A DNA stretch of 63,402 nucleotides, the filler included, from Rhabdomonas costata (lineage: Eukaryota), in assembly GCA_019059605.1 (NCBI GenBank). It is 35 parts of 35 records of this genome, joined end to end, with 100 filler letters (N's around TTAATTAATTAA, not from the genome) between each part and the next. Parts side by side here need not be neighbours in the genome. Positions count along the whole stretch, not along the records: positions 12,702 to 14,416 come from JAHMHO010010178.1; positions 14,517 to 16,231 come from JAHMHO010010179.1; positions 16,332 to 18,045 come from JAHMHO010010180.1; positions 18,146 to 19,859 come from JAHMHO010010181.1; positions 19,960 to 21,674 come from JAHMHO010010182.1; positions 21,775 to 23,493 come from JAHMHO010010183.1; positions 23,594 to 25,307 come from JAHMHO010010184.1; positions 25,408 to 27,119 come from JAHMHO010010185.1; 27 more parts are not named here. The stretch is one strand, 5' to 3'. This document shows, one piece after another, positions 13,385 through 26,051 of this stretch. The notes under the pieces are model-generated. The model had not been told where the DNA came from. It was given only the letters and a program-made list of their open reading frames with translations, and did not search any database. Position 1 is the first letter of the stretch, and the number at the start of each line of letters is the position of its first letter. The translations under genes and the position numbers were made by a program.

Positions 13385-14018
13385 GAGCTGTTCCTGTGCT
13401 TCTCGACATGGGCGGGGATGTCGCTACGGAACTGCAAGCTGTACGGGGAGCTGGAGAAGCAGAAGCGCCGCAGCGAGCTTCTGGCGCAGGTCCTGGCCCG
13501 GATGAACGTGGACATCCGTCAGGTATGTCTCCTTCGGGCGTCGGACACGGCAAACACGCTGTTTTTCTCGCCACTTCACATGCTGCAAGCGCTGGGTGAG
13601 AGATTCGGCAGCAGTGATTTGGCAAATATTTGGGGTGCCTTATGCGCAGCAGAATCAAAGCGAGTCCCACTGGCTGTCGAACTCGCTTAGATTTTTATCC
13701 TGCGGAGAGCTGCATTTTTGAGTTCGGAATATCGAGTTAGTGTGAAATTGCGGATGGGTGGGGGAAAAGTGCTCCAGGGGGTCAATTTCTGGAAAGTTTT
13801 GATCCATGGTCCTAAATATTCAAACTCACATGCATACATGACTGCACACGACCCCCAGTGGTGTGGTGGTTTGCGTAATCTGTAGCTTTTGGATTTTATT
13901 GCACTTCAAAGGGGGATGAGGCCATGGAACGGATCACTGAGGGGGCTCGCACCCTGCTGGCCGCGGATCGGGCGACCCTGTTCGTTGTGGACAAGGAGCG
14001 ATACGAGCTGACCTCAAA
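13385..14018 (+). CDS. Tandem GAF-domain protein (PDE/cyclase-type), 2 exons
   Basis: Exon 13385-13522 ELFLCFSTWAGMSLRNCKLYGELEKQKRRSELL (end of a GAF plus linker helix). Exon 13912-14018 GDEAMERITEGARTLLAADRATLFVVDKERYELTSK (start of the next GAF). GT-AG intron. Confidence 0.8.
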
Positions 14019-14664
14019 GTATGGCGCGCATCTACGTTCACACCACCCAACACACAAAGACGCATTGCAATCTGTCCTCATCACCTCACGGGATCGATGA
14101 GCTCCTCACTGGTGATAAAGACGCCGTGCGGGATTGCGCTTGTGTTTACATAGCGCTCCGACGCATCCGGCTGCAGCCTTTCATCACCAAGTCATTAGCT
14201 CCTCTTGCTATCCTGATAAACCACGCACGCACTTGAGTTTGCCGATTCCTGATAAGGATGCATAAGGACGCTTCCCCCAAGGTTTTTGAAAGTTTTTGAC
14301 AGTGGGTGCATAACCATCCCTCTCGGTATTTTGCAATTGTGATTGTAATGTTGATTGTGATTCTCTGAAGTTTCTCTGTGTCGTATGTTGCCGAGGTGTG
14401 CTGGTCGCATACATATNNNNNNNNNNNNNNNNNNNNNNNNNNNNNNNNNNNNNNNNNNNNTTAATTAATTAANNNNNNNNNNNNNNNNNNNNNNNNNNNN
14501 NNNNNNNNNNNNNNNNGGGCAAACCTCCCAGATGACTCTGACCCTTTCTTTTGCTTGTTGGAGTGCATCAAGGACGGCTGTTTCCAGTGAGGTTTCACAG
14601 TTCTTCTTCTATCCTGTGTGTCGAATAAGTTTACCTATGCCATTTGTTTTTGAAACAATTTTAG

Positions 14665-14904
14665 CACGGCCGATATCGTGATCGGTAATTACGAAAGAAT
14701 AGTGAAGGACAAATGCTTCCATACACACGGGCGGGGAGAGGATGACAACCTTGAGGTGCAATTCGCCGACCTGGCAAAAAGAAGATACAGCGTAAACACA
14801 CACACACACACTCACTCACAAACAAACAAACAAACAACACCAATCACCCACTCACTAACAACACAGTTTCATCGCAAGCCGTTGAACAGCTATCCGTGGA
14901 ATAG
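14665..14904 (+). CDS. Two exons, possibly SNF2/RAD5-SHPRH-type helicase N-lobe
   Basis: TADIVIGNYERIV...KRRYS|FHRKPLNSYPWNR resembles ADIVITTY...SPL...WxR upstream of the DExH box. The DExH box itself was not found, and a GT2 glycosyltransferase is an alternative. Confidence 0.3.
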
Positions 14905-16331
14905 GTACATGAATGGTACAAGAATGCGGGAGTTGTTGCTCCAACACCTTTCCTGCAAGGGCTCGTGGCAAAGGCTTTGGTTACCTCCGCCTCCGTAACC
15001 AGCTTGCTTCAAGTTCCGCCGAAGCACACATTTACATTCACCATGAATTTGATCAGGGACACAATCTAGATCCTCACCTTTATAAACGTCCCCAAGGTGG
15101 TGAAGCGATTGGTTTGGGGCCCTGGATGGCGCATGTGAGATACGCCAACAATTCTACCTCCCAGGCACCTCTCAAGCCCACACTCCATCCCAACCAAAAA
15201 CCCAGAGTGCCAAATTCCCACTTCCCTGACACTGCACAAATCCTTGAGGAAAAGGTTTGCATGGCGCTATTTTTATGACCACTGGCAATTAACCCGACCC
15301 CCCGCTCTTCCAGAAAAAAAAGGGGGGAGCATTGGTGACCATATTCGGCAATACGGCGGAAGCAAGCGAAGATAAAATCAACAGAGAAAAGAGAAACCTT
15401 CTCACTCTCGAGCAAGAAGGCGTGGTAGTCCTGCCGGTTTTCCTTTCCTCTCCTGCCGCCCATTGTGTGCGGGAGAGCAAAAGCACAACTCTTCTGCTGC
15501 GAACAAGAAACTGACAAAGGGAAATGTATTGGGAAAAAGGTTGTGCTCTGGAAGTCGCCAATGCCAAAAAAAAAAGCACTTGGTCCAGGGTCAGAACACG
15601 TGCCACAACCAATCAGCCTGCCAGCTTCCTCATCATAAATCATGGGGCAGTTTTTCTCATCACTGCAAGAGCTGATGAGACCATTTAAATAAAAGACCGT
15701 TTCGAAAAATACCCAACGCTTATGGTGCACCAGACTCCATGCACCACGACCACCAATGAGCAAGATTTATTTCAAAGAGTGCTCTCGCAACATCGTGCAC
15801 AAATGCTACCGATCCGCCAAGAGGCTGGCAGCTAAGCAAGCCTCCTCAAGAAAAGTTGCCCGCAGGGTGAACAGAATGGAGCAAGACTAAAGCAAGACAA
15901 GGGCAAAACTGTTCTTTTTGCCCCCCCCCCGATCAATTGCTTTTCGGTGGGACATATGATGCATCTTGGATCTTGGGCCGCGTAGCGCAGGGTTCTGCAC
16001 AAGATAATCTCGAAAAGGACCCCTGCAAAAGCTTTGTGTTGGAATCGCAAGGGAAAGGTGCATCGCCTATTAACTCCTTGCAAAACCTAACGGAAACCAC
16101 CTGGCAGTCTTCTGTCGTCACAGGGGACATCTGCCCCAAAAATTTGATGGGGGGGGGAGGCAAAAGGGCAAAAACAACCACGTCAAAAACCAGTAAAAAA
16201 GAAGGATGGTCAAAAACAAAATGACAACTGANNNNNNNNNNNNNNNNNNNNNNNNNNNNNNNNNNNNNNNNNNNNTTAATTAATTAANNNNNNNNNNNNN
16301 NNNNNNNNNNNNNNNNNNNNNNNNNNNNNNN

Positions 16332-16653
16332 GGATGATACAGATGACGAAGCCTTGGGTTGCAATGCTTTTGCATTCGAATGGTGCTCAGAAGTTTGCTT
16401 GTACGCTAACCCACCGTGGAGTATAATTGCACATGTGTTGGCCAAAGTTTGCAGAGAGTGGTCAAGGCTAATGTTGGTCACCCCTAACTGGCCAGAGGCG
16501 CCGTGGTTTCCATTGCTGGAAATGTTGACGGTTAGAAGTGTGGAGTGGAAAGGGAGAGTATATCTCTCGAAGGCAGGGAGGCTGAGACCGAGGCCTAAGT
16601 GGGCTACGTTGTTCTCGTATGTGGTGGGTAGACCCGTTGCAGGCATTTTGTAG
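16332..16653 (+). mobile_element. 3' end of a retroelement-type DNA N6-adenine methyltransferase domain (NPPW), intronless
   Basis: NAFAFEW..VCLYANPPWSIIAHVLAKV...LMLVTPNWPEAPWFPLLEML matches the Dam-like MT domain at the end of DIRS-type pol ORFs; stop at 16651-16653. Confidence 0.8.
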
Positions 16654-17051
16654 GGATCCCTTGATTCCGCGGTGTTTGCATGTGCGGTAAGCTACCAGGA
16701 AGAGTCCGAGCTTCCTCACACGTCTTGTTTTTGTTTTGATGTTTCTTTTCAGATCAGACGCGGAGGAAGAAGCTCGAGAAGGAGAGAAAGGAGTTGGGAG
16801 GGGACAGCGGAGGAAGGTGGACGAACACTGGTTTGTTGTGCGGTGGTGCACCGAAGCCTTCTTTTGGAAGAGAAGAGAATTTTGCATTGACTGACAACAG
16901 CGTTTCACTGTACTGTTGGTGAAATAGTTGCAGGCGTGGAACTGCTGGAAGCGAACTGGTGTTGTTGCAGAAGAGGGGGGAATTCATTTCCTTTTCTCCA
17001 TAGACACTAATTATCACTGAGGAGTGTGAAGGGAGTTGCAGCACAGCGGAA

Positions 17052-18045
17052 GTGGACTCATCAGGGAATGAGTGGGGGTCGGAGCCTCGGATGTTTCTTG
17101 AGCGAATTGAGGAATTTACGAAGAAGCATGTTCACACGCGCTACTCAGAAGTGGTAAAAAGGTTTGAACTGAGCGCAAGAAGTGATGAGCAACGGAGGTT
17201 GGATGACATGCGATCGCTCTACAGAGCGCAGGAGTGCAAAGAGTAAAGACAGAAGTGTGGCTGAAAGCAGCACAGACGGTTGTTGGAAGAACGAAGTATG
17301 ATCCTCCGATAACCACAGAGGGCAGAGTGTTGCTGGAGATGTTGATACATGGTTGCAAGGAGTTGACAACGACCCAGGAGTTGCTGGAACGATGGTGGCA
17401 AGTTGCAGCAGAGAGGCGACCTCCGCCTTTGACGGAGGGGTGCGTGAGGGTGATTGAAGCCCATGCGGTGTTACGAGCTGGTGCCCGGGCGTTGCAAACC
17501 ACGTACTCTAGTCTTGACCTCACGATGGGGGGGGTCGTAAACGCAATAATCCAGCCTTTCCTGGAGGGTGACCCTTACCGAAGAGAGTTTCCGGAGTTCC
17601 GGTCCAGGACGCAACCTAAAACGAAAGTACCCTTCCGCGAGGATGTGATGGAGTGGCACCAGAGTCCTGACCTGGATGATGAGCTGAAGCAGGCAGTGCT
17701 GAGTTACAGGAGAGCTTGTGAAGAAGCACCCCTAACGTCAGTGGAAGTACCCTCGCTAGTTGGACCTCACACCCAAGTTCAAATAGAACATGGTGTTGCG
17801 CCTAACCAGGAGCAGCGAGGAGTACAGAGTCCCTCAGATCGGGTGGACGGGGTGCCAGTCGCAGGGAATAGACCAGCAGAAGAATCGAAGGCGGAGATCA
17901 CTTCAGCTCCATATCGGTGGTTTGGAATGGAAAGTGTTTCGGAGAAGAGGGACAAGTCTGAACCGGTGAAAGCCTTGTTGCAGCCAACAGCCCGAATTTT
18001 GCGGGCAGATCAGCTGGAAGAAATTCTTCGCACAACCACCCCACA
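17052..18045 (+). CDS. Long intronless orphan ORF (about 330 aa, one frameshift near 17240) downstream of the MT domain
   Basis: ORFs 17052-17246 and 17234-contig end overlap by one frame change; purine-rich coding strand like the neighbouring MT; no recognisable motif. Confidence 0.55.
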
Positions 18046-18148
18046 NNNNNNNNNNNNNNNNNNNNNNNNNNNNNNNNNNNNNNNNNNNNTTAATTAATTA
18101 ANNNNNNNNNNNNNNNNNNNNNNNNNNNNNNNNNNNNNNNNNNNNGGG

Positions 18149-19269
18149 GTGTTGGGTCATATACTCCATCGCGGCAAGATATACATATTTGGGGGTTCCG
18201 GTCCCGATGGTCCGGAGGGTAACGGTTATCTCTCCAGCGGTGAAGTATATGACCCCCGCACCAACGCGTTTTCCTTGCTTCCGGCGAGGATGTGCAGCAG
18301 GCGCGAAGGCGTGGTTGCTGCCAGCTATGAGGACAATATTTACATCTTCGGAGGAATGGAGGGTATTCGTTGCCTTTCCGTTTGCGAAGTCTTCGATCCC
18401 ATCGCCAACACCTTCACTGTACTTCCCACGGCGATGCGCATCCCGCGCTATTATGCCTGTGCCGTAACGCACGGAGAGCGCATCTTCCTGATTGGTGGGT
18501 TCGACGGCCGGAGGGCGGTTTCCAGCTGCGAATTCTTTACCCCCAGCCTCTTCGCGGGCGCAGCGACTTACACATTCACGATGCTCCGTGCATCACTGCG
18601 CATTAGTCGCTGGGCTGCCTGTGCCGCGGTCCACGGAGGGCGCATCTTCGTGTTCGGGGGGTCCGCGACGGCCGAGACGGCTCTCTCGAACTGTGAAGTC
18701 TTTCGGCCAACGCCAGATGCACCAACACTCCCTGACGTGGAGCCTTTCGGAGAAAGATTGGAAAGGGAGCAATCAATTGCGGTCAGCCTCTTCGATCCCC
18801 AAGCCCCTTATTTCTGGAACCAGGCCCGCTTTCCCTCCTCAGCCCGACCTAGCTTCTTAGTGCAGTCGACTGACTGCCCTGCAGATGTGAAGAGGCTGGT
18901 GGAAGAGCTGATGACGACCCGTGGCCGGTATCGGAGCGGCCTGATGGAAAGACCCGTGGCGGGGTACCAAGTGCATCGTATCGAAATCGTCGACCGCAGC
19001 CCGCTTACCCTTCAAGCTCTTCAGGTCCGCCTGCAGATGCTGGAGAACCTTCGGTCGACGAGGGTTCAGGAAGTTCGGAACGCCGAGGATGCGGTGAACG
19101 AGGATGCAGAGAAGCTTCGGGTGTTGGGTGCGCTGAAGGGGGTTTTTGTGACGCGCCACCGCCCGACAAACGCCGTGCTGACCTTCCACGGCACTGGGAT
19201 AGACTGCGTGGAGCACATTCTGAACGCTGGGCTGCAGAAGTACTGTCGGGAGGACCAGGGCTACTTTGG
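18149..19269 (+). CDS. Kelch-repeat protein fused to a PARP-like ADP-ribosyltransferase domain (partial)
   Basis: Four Kelch repeats (IYIFGG, IYIFGG, IFLIGG, IFVFGG, each followed by S.EVxxP-like segments), then YQVHRIEIV...NAVLTFHGTGIDCVEHILNAGL....DQGYFG ending at a donor gg|gtatgg. Confidence 0.8.
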
Positions 19270-20303
19270 GTATGGTGCGAGGAAGAAAGAGAGACAGAGT
19301 GAGAGCTGTTTTCCAGCGCGCCGCGCCCTCCCTCCCCGCCCCGGTTCAACCTGGCTTGCTTTTCTCTCTTTTTTGTTGGCCATACCTTATTATTGCAGTG
19401 GAGTTCAGGTAAGAGGAAGTGCCTGTTCTGCAATTTTCCGTTTCACTTGACGGTCGAATCTCACCAGAAACCCTGTGAGCACTGCCCCCTTCGGCTGTGA
19501 ACTCCTTGTTTCACATTGAGGCACGAAACGTGTTTCCAGCTTTCATCTCACCAGACCTGTCGTGAGAGTGTCTTTTGTACCGAAGATTGCTGTAGCGCTC
19601 ACATTTAGTTCAGAGGAGCGCCACTCCGCGCAGGTGTTTCGCACGCCTGCGCTGCATCCTAAGGGTCTTTTGTGGGCTGCCCTTTGGACTTGTGCATGCC
19701 GATTGTAGATTTGAAGTGAGAAAGAATCGGTTGCTGACTCAGCCTTCCGCACCAGTATGGCAGTGGCGATAGCGTTGTTGGTTGTGGTACGTAGCATTAC
19801 GGGCTATGCATTTTTTCTCACTTCAAATCTACAATCGGCATGCACAAGTCCAAAACCACNNNNNNNNNNNNNNNNNNNNNNNNNNNNNNNNNNNNNNNNN
19901 NNNTTAATTAATTAANNNNNNNNNNNNNNNNNNNNNNNNNNNNNNNNNNNNNNNNNNNNGTTTTTGAGCACACACATACACAGCAGCAGTGCGCTGTGGT
20001 CCTTCCTCACAGGGCACCAAACCCAACATTGAAACGATTCCTGCAGATACCAGGGGGGATGGGGAAGAACGCAAAAAGGCATGCGCGGACTCTGCATTGG
20101 AATGCAAAAAGTCATTGAAACCAGAAACCGAACCTTGCCAAAACCAACCCTGACCAGAGAAGTGGACAGGACAGCGTGTGTCCAAGTGTAAGGGTGTGTT
20201 TGTGTGTTGAGACACTGAGCTGGGATCTGCTCGTTTGCTCGTTCTGCGGTGTACTCCGTGACTCTACCTGTGACTCTGCAACTGTGACTCTACCCCTCAT
20301 CAG

Positions 20304-21264
20304 GGGTGTGCTGACTCCGCACGACTTTCACGCCGACTCCCCTGATGGGAGCCCCCGGGAAGGCGGCACCTCCATTGATGGGTCCGCTGTCACTCTCCCG
20401 GGTGTGTGTGGTTGTGTGTGGTCAAATGGCTATCAGAAGGGGATGAAGGTGAGACGCGCGGCGGTTCGGAATATATACAGGAGAAGTGGACGGCTTTTTG
20501 TCGGGTTACTCCCTTCTCACGAAGACCCTTCCGTTCGAGGATAACGCCACAATGTGTCTCATGGCGGTGACAGGGGAAGGGGACAGGCATGGACAGCATT
20601 GCATAAAAGAAGCGGGAGGGGAAGGGAGGGGGAAAGGGCGGTTGCGGAGGATGGGAATGCTCTCCACCATTGAAGCGCAACACGGAGCAGATCTTGCATC
20701 TCTGTGAACAGATGTGTACGTGTGCACGTGCGCGCGCGCGTACCAGTGAGGGAGGGAGGGAAGCACCGGTGGAGCGCCGGTGTTGTCGAAGTCATACCGA
20801 ATACTTCTACAGAGAGCTCGAGTGCCCCCCAAAAAAAACTCCGCACCAAAGAGGAAAAGTCCCCATACCTTCGAAAAGGTAAGCCAAACGGGACAAAAGA
20901 AGAAAAGCCAAACAACCGTGCACACACGGTGTGGCAGGGCTGTGTGTATGTGACCAACAGCGAGGGCAGGTCGCAGACTCTGGGTTGTTGATGACGTTGC
21001 GGAGCTTCCGACGCAGCATGTCATTGCGGTGATGAAGAGCCAGTCAAGATACAGCCACCATGCGCCCAGTGCACCCAGCACACCTGCGATTGGTCACTCC
21101 CGTTAGGTAGTGGTCGTCACCGAGGAGCAGACCGTGCTGGTCTTCAGCACGAAGCTGCATAGCGCGGCCCCGGCCGGCGCCGAGAGCGCTCCTGAGCCAC
21201 CCTCCTGCGAGATTCAGCTGGTTTCTGCCCTGGCAGGAAATTTGGACGCAGTGGCGGACGTGAG
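20304..21264 (+). CDS. Multi-exon WD40 fragment, UTP13/TBL3-like
   Basis: Exon 21107-21264 VVVVTEEQTVLVFS...IQLVSALAGNLDAVADVR resembles TBL3 VxTADQNxLxY...L.G.NDEI.D.R; additional small GT-AG exons lie upstream. Confidence 0.45.
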
Positions 21265-23308
21265 GTGTGGGTGCTTGTGTCTGCTGTTTTGGCGGGGGTT
21301 GTTGCGTTGGGGATTTGGGAAAGCTCAAGAAGAATTACATTGCTGCGATTATGTCCCGTTCTCGGTCATGGCTCCATCCGTCTCAGTTTACCCATGTATA
21401 CGATCAATGTTTTCAGCAAGAGGTGACGGGGGGGCATTCAAACAATCTTAAAGCGCTTGTTAGCAACGGATGCCAGTGGAGGGGGGCAAAGGTTTGAACC
21501 TACCTCAGCACTCTCGGGTTCCCTCTTCATAGCCCCTTGCCATATTTTTAGAAGCCATGACTTGCACAATTGCTTCATGGCTTCCAGTATTGGTTCCGAC
21601 AATCAATCCATTGAACCCAATGGCAACCCACAAAGAAGTGCACCAACTAAAGAAAGTACCTCTCCACACACAAANNNNNNNNNNNNNNNNNNNNNNNNNN
21701 NNNNNNNNNNNNNNNNNNTTAATTAATTAANNNNNNNNNNNNNNNNNNNNNNNNNNNNNNNNNNNNNNNNNNNNGTGTTGGGTGTGTGTGGTGGTGTGTG
21801 GAACTGCAGGTGCCTTGACGCAAGAACCCAGTAGGTGAGGTCCCTCGAGCCACATCAGCCACGTCACTTTGGGGGTTGCAAGGATGGCGAAGAATTACCA
21901 AAATTACAAAAGCAAAAAGCACAAAAGGGCACAACCACAGCTGGTCGGTTCTGTTTCATTTGTATAAGCAATTATACAGCGCGGAGAAAGGAAGGAAACC
22001 CAGCTCACAGTTTATCTGAAGCGCATCATGCACACAGTTAGCAGACTCCAGGGCCGCCCATGGCGCAGAAGGTATGGGTACCACCCCAGGGTGAAGGTCA
22101 AAGCAGTCCGCGGTGCGGCTTGCGCTCTGCCGCATCAGGCCTCCGAAAAACTAATTGAATTTCAGCACATGCAGATCCACCGGGTCACAAGTGCACGGGA
22201 AACACACAAGAACCAAGGCAAGGACCAAACACCAGCCTTGCATCAGCCAGTGTGATGCACGATGCACTTGTCGGGTTTCTTTCCAGTTGGGCATCAATTT
22301 TCAGATCAGGTCCTCTCGGATCTGAACATGGCCCACAAGGCCCAGTCCGGCATCCAGGACAATTCTCATGAGAGGTTGAGTGCCACCTCCGCGGCCCTTG
22401 CCCCCTCGCCCGCCTCGGAGAGTTCACCGCGTCGAAGTGGGCTGGAGGAGGTTGGGAAGGGTACCTCAGAGTCCTTCGATGGGCAGCAGCTGGACTACAA
22501 CCAGAGTCTTTCAGTGCAATTGAAATTCCTGACATCCTCCCACGGTACGAACCCCTCAAATTCTCAATCCGCCCAACAAATGTATGATATATGGTCCTGG
22601 CAGGTTTATTTTTTTAGCCATGAACTTTGCCCTGGCAGTGCCAAAATCCACTTCATAGCAATTTGGAGAGTATAAAATTTTGATCATTTTTCTGCAGAAC
22701 GCGGGCGGTGTCTCTAAACTGGGATTTGGGAATTTTTTGATTTTGGAAAAAGTATTATGCATAACGGCGTATCTAGAAAGCAGGTTGCAGAATTGAGTTT
22801 TTCTTATGAGTTTTCATGATGTTGTCTTGCCAGTTCCCCTTGTGTTTGCTCACTGCTCACACTGCTCCACATTGGAAGGAATGCACGTGCGCCAGACTTC
22901 CTAGGCTGTCAGCGGACGTCAGATCTTTGGCTCCTGTGATTTCCGGTGGGTGGTCGAGGGAGAGAACGAGATTGGTAGATTTGTGTGCAGGATGCTGCTG
23001 CCTTCCCTCAGTCTTAAGCAGGTTTCTAATTAAAAGTGCGCTTTTTATTAAGGCAAGTATTGCAACTTAACCAAAGATTTGGCGAATGAAGAAGACTTGT
23101 AAAAACCAAGAGTGCTGTGCGATGCTTGCCGCTGGTCTAACTGTTCTCACTCTGGACATTTAACAGTTTTTTCAGTTTCACAGCTGTTTCGAGATGAAAG
23201 GGAGCGGGGCAAAGTGTATGGGGACTTCTACCTGTCCAACACCATTCACACACACAGCAGCTGCGCGACAAGGGCCCGGGACCCGTGGGGCAGAAGGGAG
23301 GTTACCAG

Positions 23309-23432
23309 ATGTGGAACGTTCGGCGTTGAGCCGGTTCCGATTCCCCACGGCACCGTTCGCTCCAACGGCACCTCTCGCGAGCACCCGTGGCCAACAGCGC
23401 GTGCCCCCGTCAGCCCACAGTGGTCACCAACA
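23309..23432 (+). repeat. Dispersed repeat family A, copy 1
   Basis: atgtggaacgttcggcgttgagccgg...cggcaccgttcgctccaacggcacctctcgcgagcacccgtgg...cgtcagcccacagtggtcaccaa aligns by eye with the copies at 34041 (+) and 53030 (-). Confidence 0.8.
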
Positions 23433-23593
23433 ACCAAGCAACCAGGCAACCAGGCAACAGCCACTGCGCAATGCGCCCAACACACACACAAACNNNNNNN
23501 NNNNNNNNNNNNNNNNNNNNNNNNNNNNNNNNNNNNNTTAATTAATTAANNNNNNNNNNNNNNNNNNNNNNNNNNNNNNNNNNNNNNNNNNNN

Positions 23594-25277
23594 CACCCTC
23601 CTCGCGCATCCCTCCGTACAGATAGAGGTGGGTGGTTTCCAGCACGGCCAGCAGGGCGTTGATTCGCCCACACGGCTGCAGGGGCCTGTCAAGTGCCTTG
23701 CCGCTGCCCAACCCCTGAAAGGGGTGCGTCAAGATTTGAAAGAGGATCGTGTGTGCTGTTCGCGGCTCCCCACGAGCAGGAGCACGCGACCGGATAACGT
23801 AAAACGTTCTCAGACGCCTGCCTTTTCTCTTTCATTTCAGAAGACAAGACACAAAAGCCGACTGGTTCCTTTGGGGATGGAGAGCGGATGCATATTACGT
23901 ACACCGGAGTATTGTCAGCGTCCTGTGACGATTTCTGGAAAACAGATCTTGTCCCGTGTCTATGTGGAGCTGTGTGCAGCTACTCTTGGAACCCCAATGC
24001 AACATTCCCCTCACCCGATGTCAAAGGGTGGGCATCGCAAAATGCACAACACGACCTCATCCTCATCTTCCTCAGCTGTGTGGCGGAGGGCAAAGAAGCG
24101 CCTCAGTTCCATGTTGAAGACATAGAGGTCGGCAAAGAACGTGCTACGAAGGTCCGCCTCCTGGTCCTCGAAGTCCCACACTCCGCCAAAAAGGTATATC
24201 TAGAGGATACAGCACCGGAAACTTGCGAAACTTGCGCTGCTAGCGCTGCTACTTCATCAAAAGAGACGCCCCGATGCCCCGATGTCTTCAAACTCAATTC
24301 TCCCATCACCGCCATCACTTCGCAAACTTCAGCATTACGGAGTGCAATCATTTTTTGCTGCCCTGAGAAAAAGAAAATATGTCTATCAAGAAAATCACTG
24401 TCAACGAAAAATGTGGCCCACTTCACCTCAAAAGCAAGAGGTGACAGTAGAAGGTCAAAATCAGCTTAAAAAAACAAGCACAACCGATATGCACTGGAAC
24501 CCAGTTTTTTCACCACCCGTTTTAGCTTCGAAGTCCAAAAACACCTGATTTAGTGCACACTTTTGTAAGTTGTGCCTTTTTGAGGTGACGCGAACAACAT
24601 TATTGACTGGCGCAGATAACAGTGCCACAGTGGCCAGACCTTCTTGTTATGCGTACACGCGGAGATCCCCGAGCGCACCGAAGGCGCGATGCCCTGCACA
24701 CGGAGCTTCCTCCACTGCATCGACGGCAGGTTAAAGCTCCACAGGTCAGCGAAGCACGCCCCGTGGCTCCGGGGGCCTCCACCGGCCCCTGTGGTACCGC
24801 GGCCATGGGCGACGGTCTCCAAGGAGACAGGCACACCACCACAGTACCCGCCGTACATGAAGACGTCGTCTTGGAAGGCCCCCAGGACGCACCCAGAGCG
24901 TGGTGCAGGAACGTCGTCGCTGGGAGCGTATGACTGTACGGTGCAGGAGGTGCAGAGTGAGGGAAAAAGACGCAGACCTCGTGCAGAATGGCAAAACCAA
25001 AGTGATGGGATGACATCAGCGATTACCGCGTACGACAAGGAGATTGTGTCCAGGGGCCGATATGGAACTGAAACGGGCGAATTCAAAGAGAGCAGAGAAA
25101 TGGAACCCGTGTCACGCACCGCGGCCGTCCACTCGGCCTCGCCATCGACGTCTTTCAGTACCCAAAGATCGTTGAAGTAAAGCACCTCTGCCTCGACGGA
25201 GGCCCCGTGAAAGCCCCCAAAGATTACCAGGTTCCTCCGGCAGAAAGCCATCCGATGCCCACTGCGTGCAGTGGGAC
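23594..25277 (-). CDS. KLHDC4: Kelch domain-containing protein 4, 4 exons
   Basis: PTARSGHRMAFCRRNLVIFGGFH...YFNDLW; PAPRSGC...MYGGY...DLW...APSVRSG; IYLFGGVWDFED...STFFADLYVFNMELRRFF; PCGRINALLAV...LYLYGGMREEG. GT-AG introns. Confidence 0.85.
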
Positions 25278-25507
25278 CTGAGACACAAGGTTCATTCCCC
25301 GCAGATANNNNNNNNNNNNNNNNNNNNNNNNNNNNNNNNNNNNNNNNNNNNTTAATTAATTAANNNNNNNNNNNNNNNNNNNNNNNNNNNNNNNNNNNNN
25401 NNNNNNNTGTGTTTATTCTGTGATTTTGTTTTGCAGGCTGCTTTCGTTTTGTTCTCTTTGTTTGCGTGCACAAGTCCCCTCTTGTGCGCTTAAGCAGAGT
25501 TCGAGCT

Positions 25508-26051
25508 ATGGAGCCGGCTGCGTTTCAGGCTCGCCTGGAAGAAATTGCTGCCCTCTCTGCTCGCCCGCCCGACGATCCCGTTAACATCTTTAAGTACCGC
25601 TACGAAGCTCGACAGCAGCTTCAAAGGCTTCAAGCAGAGCTTCTCGAGCCTTTCCGGGACAAAGATACGGGCACCTCCACGCTTCCTGCACCCCATGGCT
25701 GGGAGCTTGCCCAAGTACAGCTCCTCCTTGGTGTGAACTACACTGAGACGGATGAGACCTCAGATGGGGCCTCCTTTCTGGCCAGCGCATTACAATCCAT
25801 TGCACTGTATAACATGGGAAAACCCATCGTAGTACCCTCGGTCTTGACGAAGGCTGCCAGCGAGGAACTCGAGCCGATTAACCCCGAGGTGTCTCGCAGC
25901 AGCAGCAGCAGCGGTGGCGGCAGTGTGGTGGATAGTGCCGGGGAAGGTGGTGTAGATCCCCATGATGATTTAGTGGTGGAGATCCACAATCAGCTGGCCC
26001 TTGTGTGGAGCAACCGAGGGGAATACTCCAAGGCCCTGAGGTTCCTCACAG
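25508..26051 (+). CDS. KIFBP: KIF-binding protein (KBP/KIF1BP), first exon
   Basis: DDPVNIFKYRYEAR..L; LLGVNYTETDETSDG; HNQLALVWSNRGEYSKALRFL match the KBP N-terminal motifs; donor ag|gtaccc. Confidence 0.8.
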
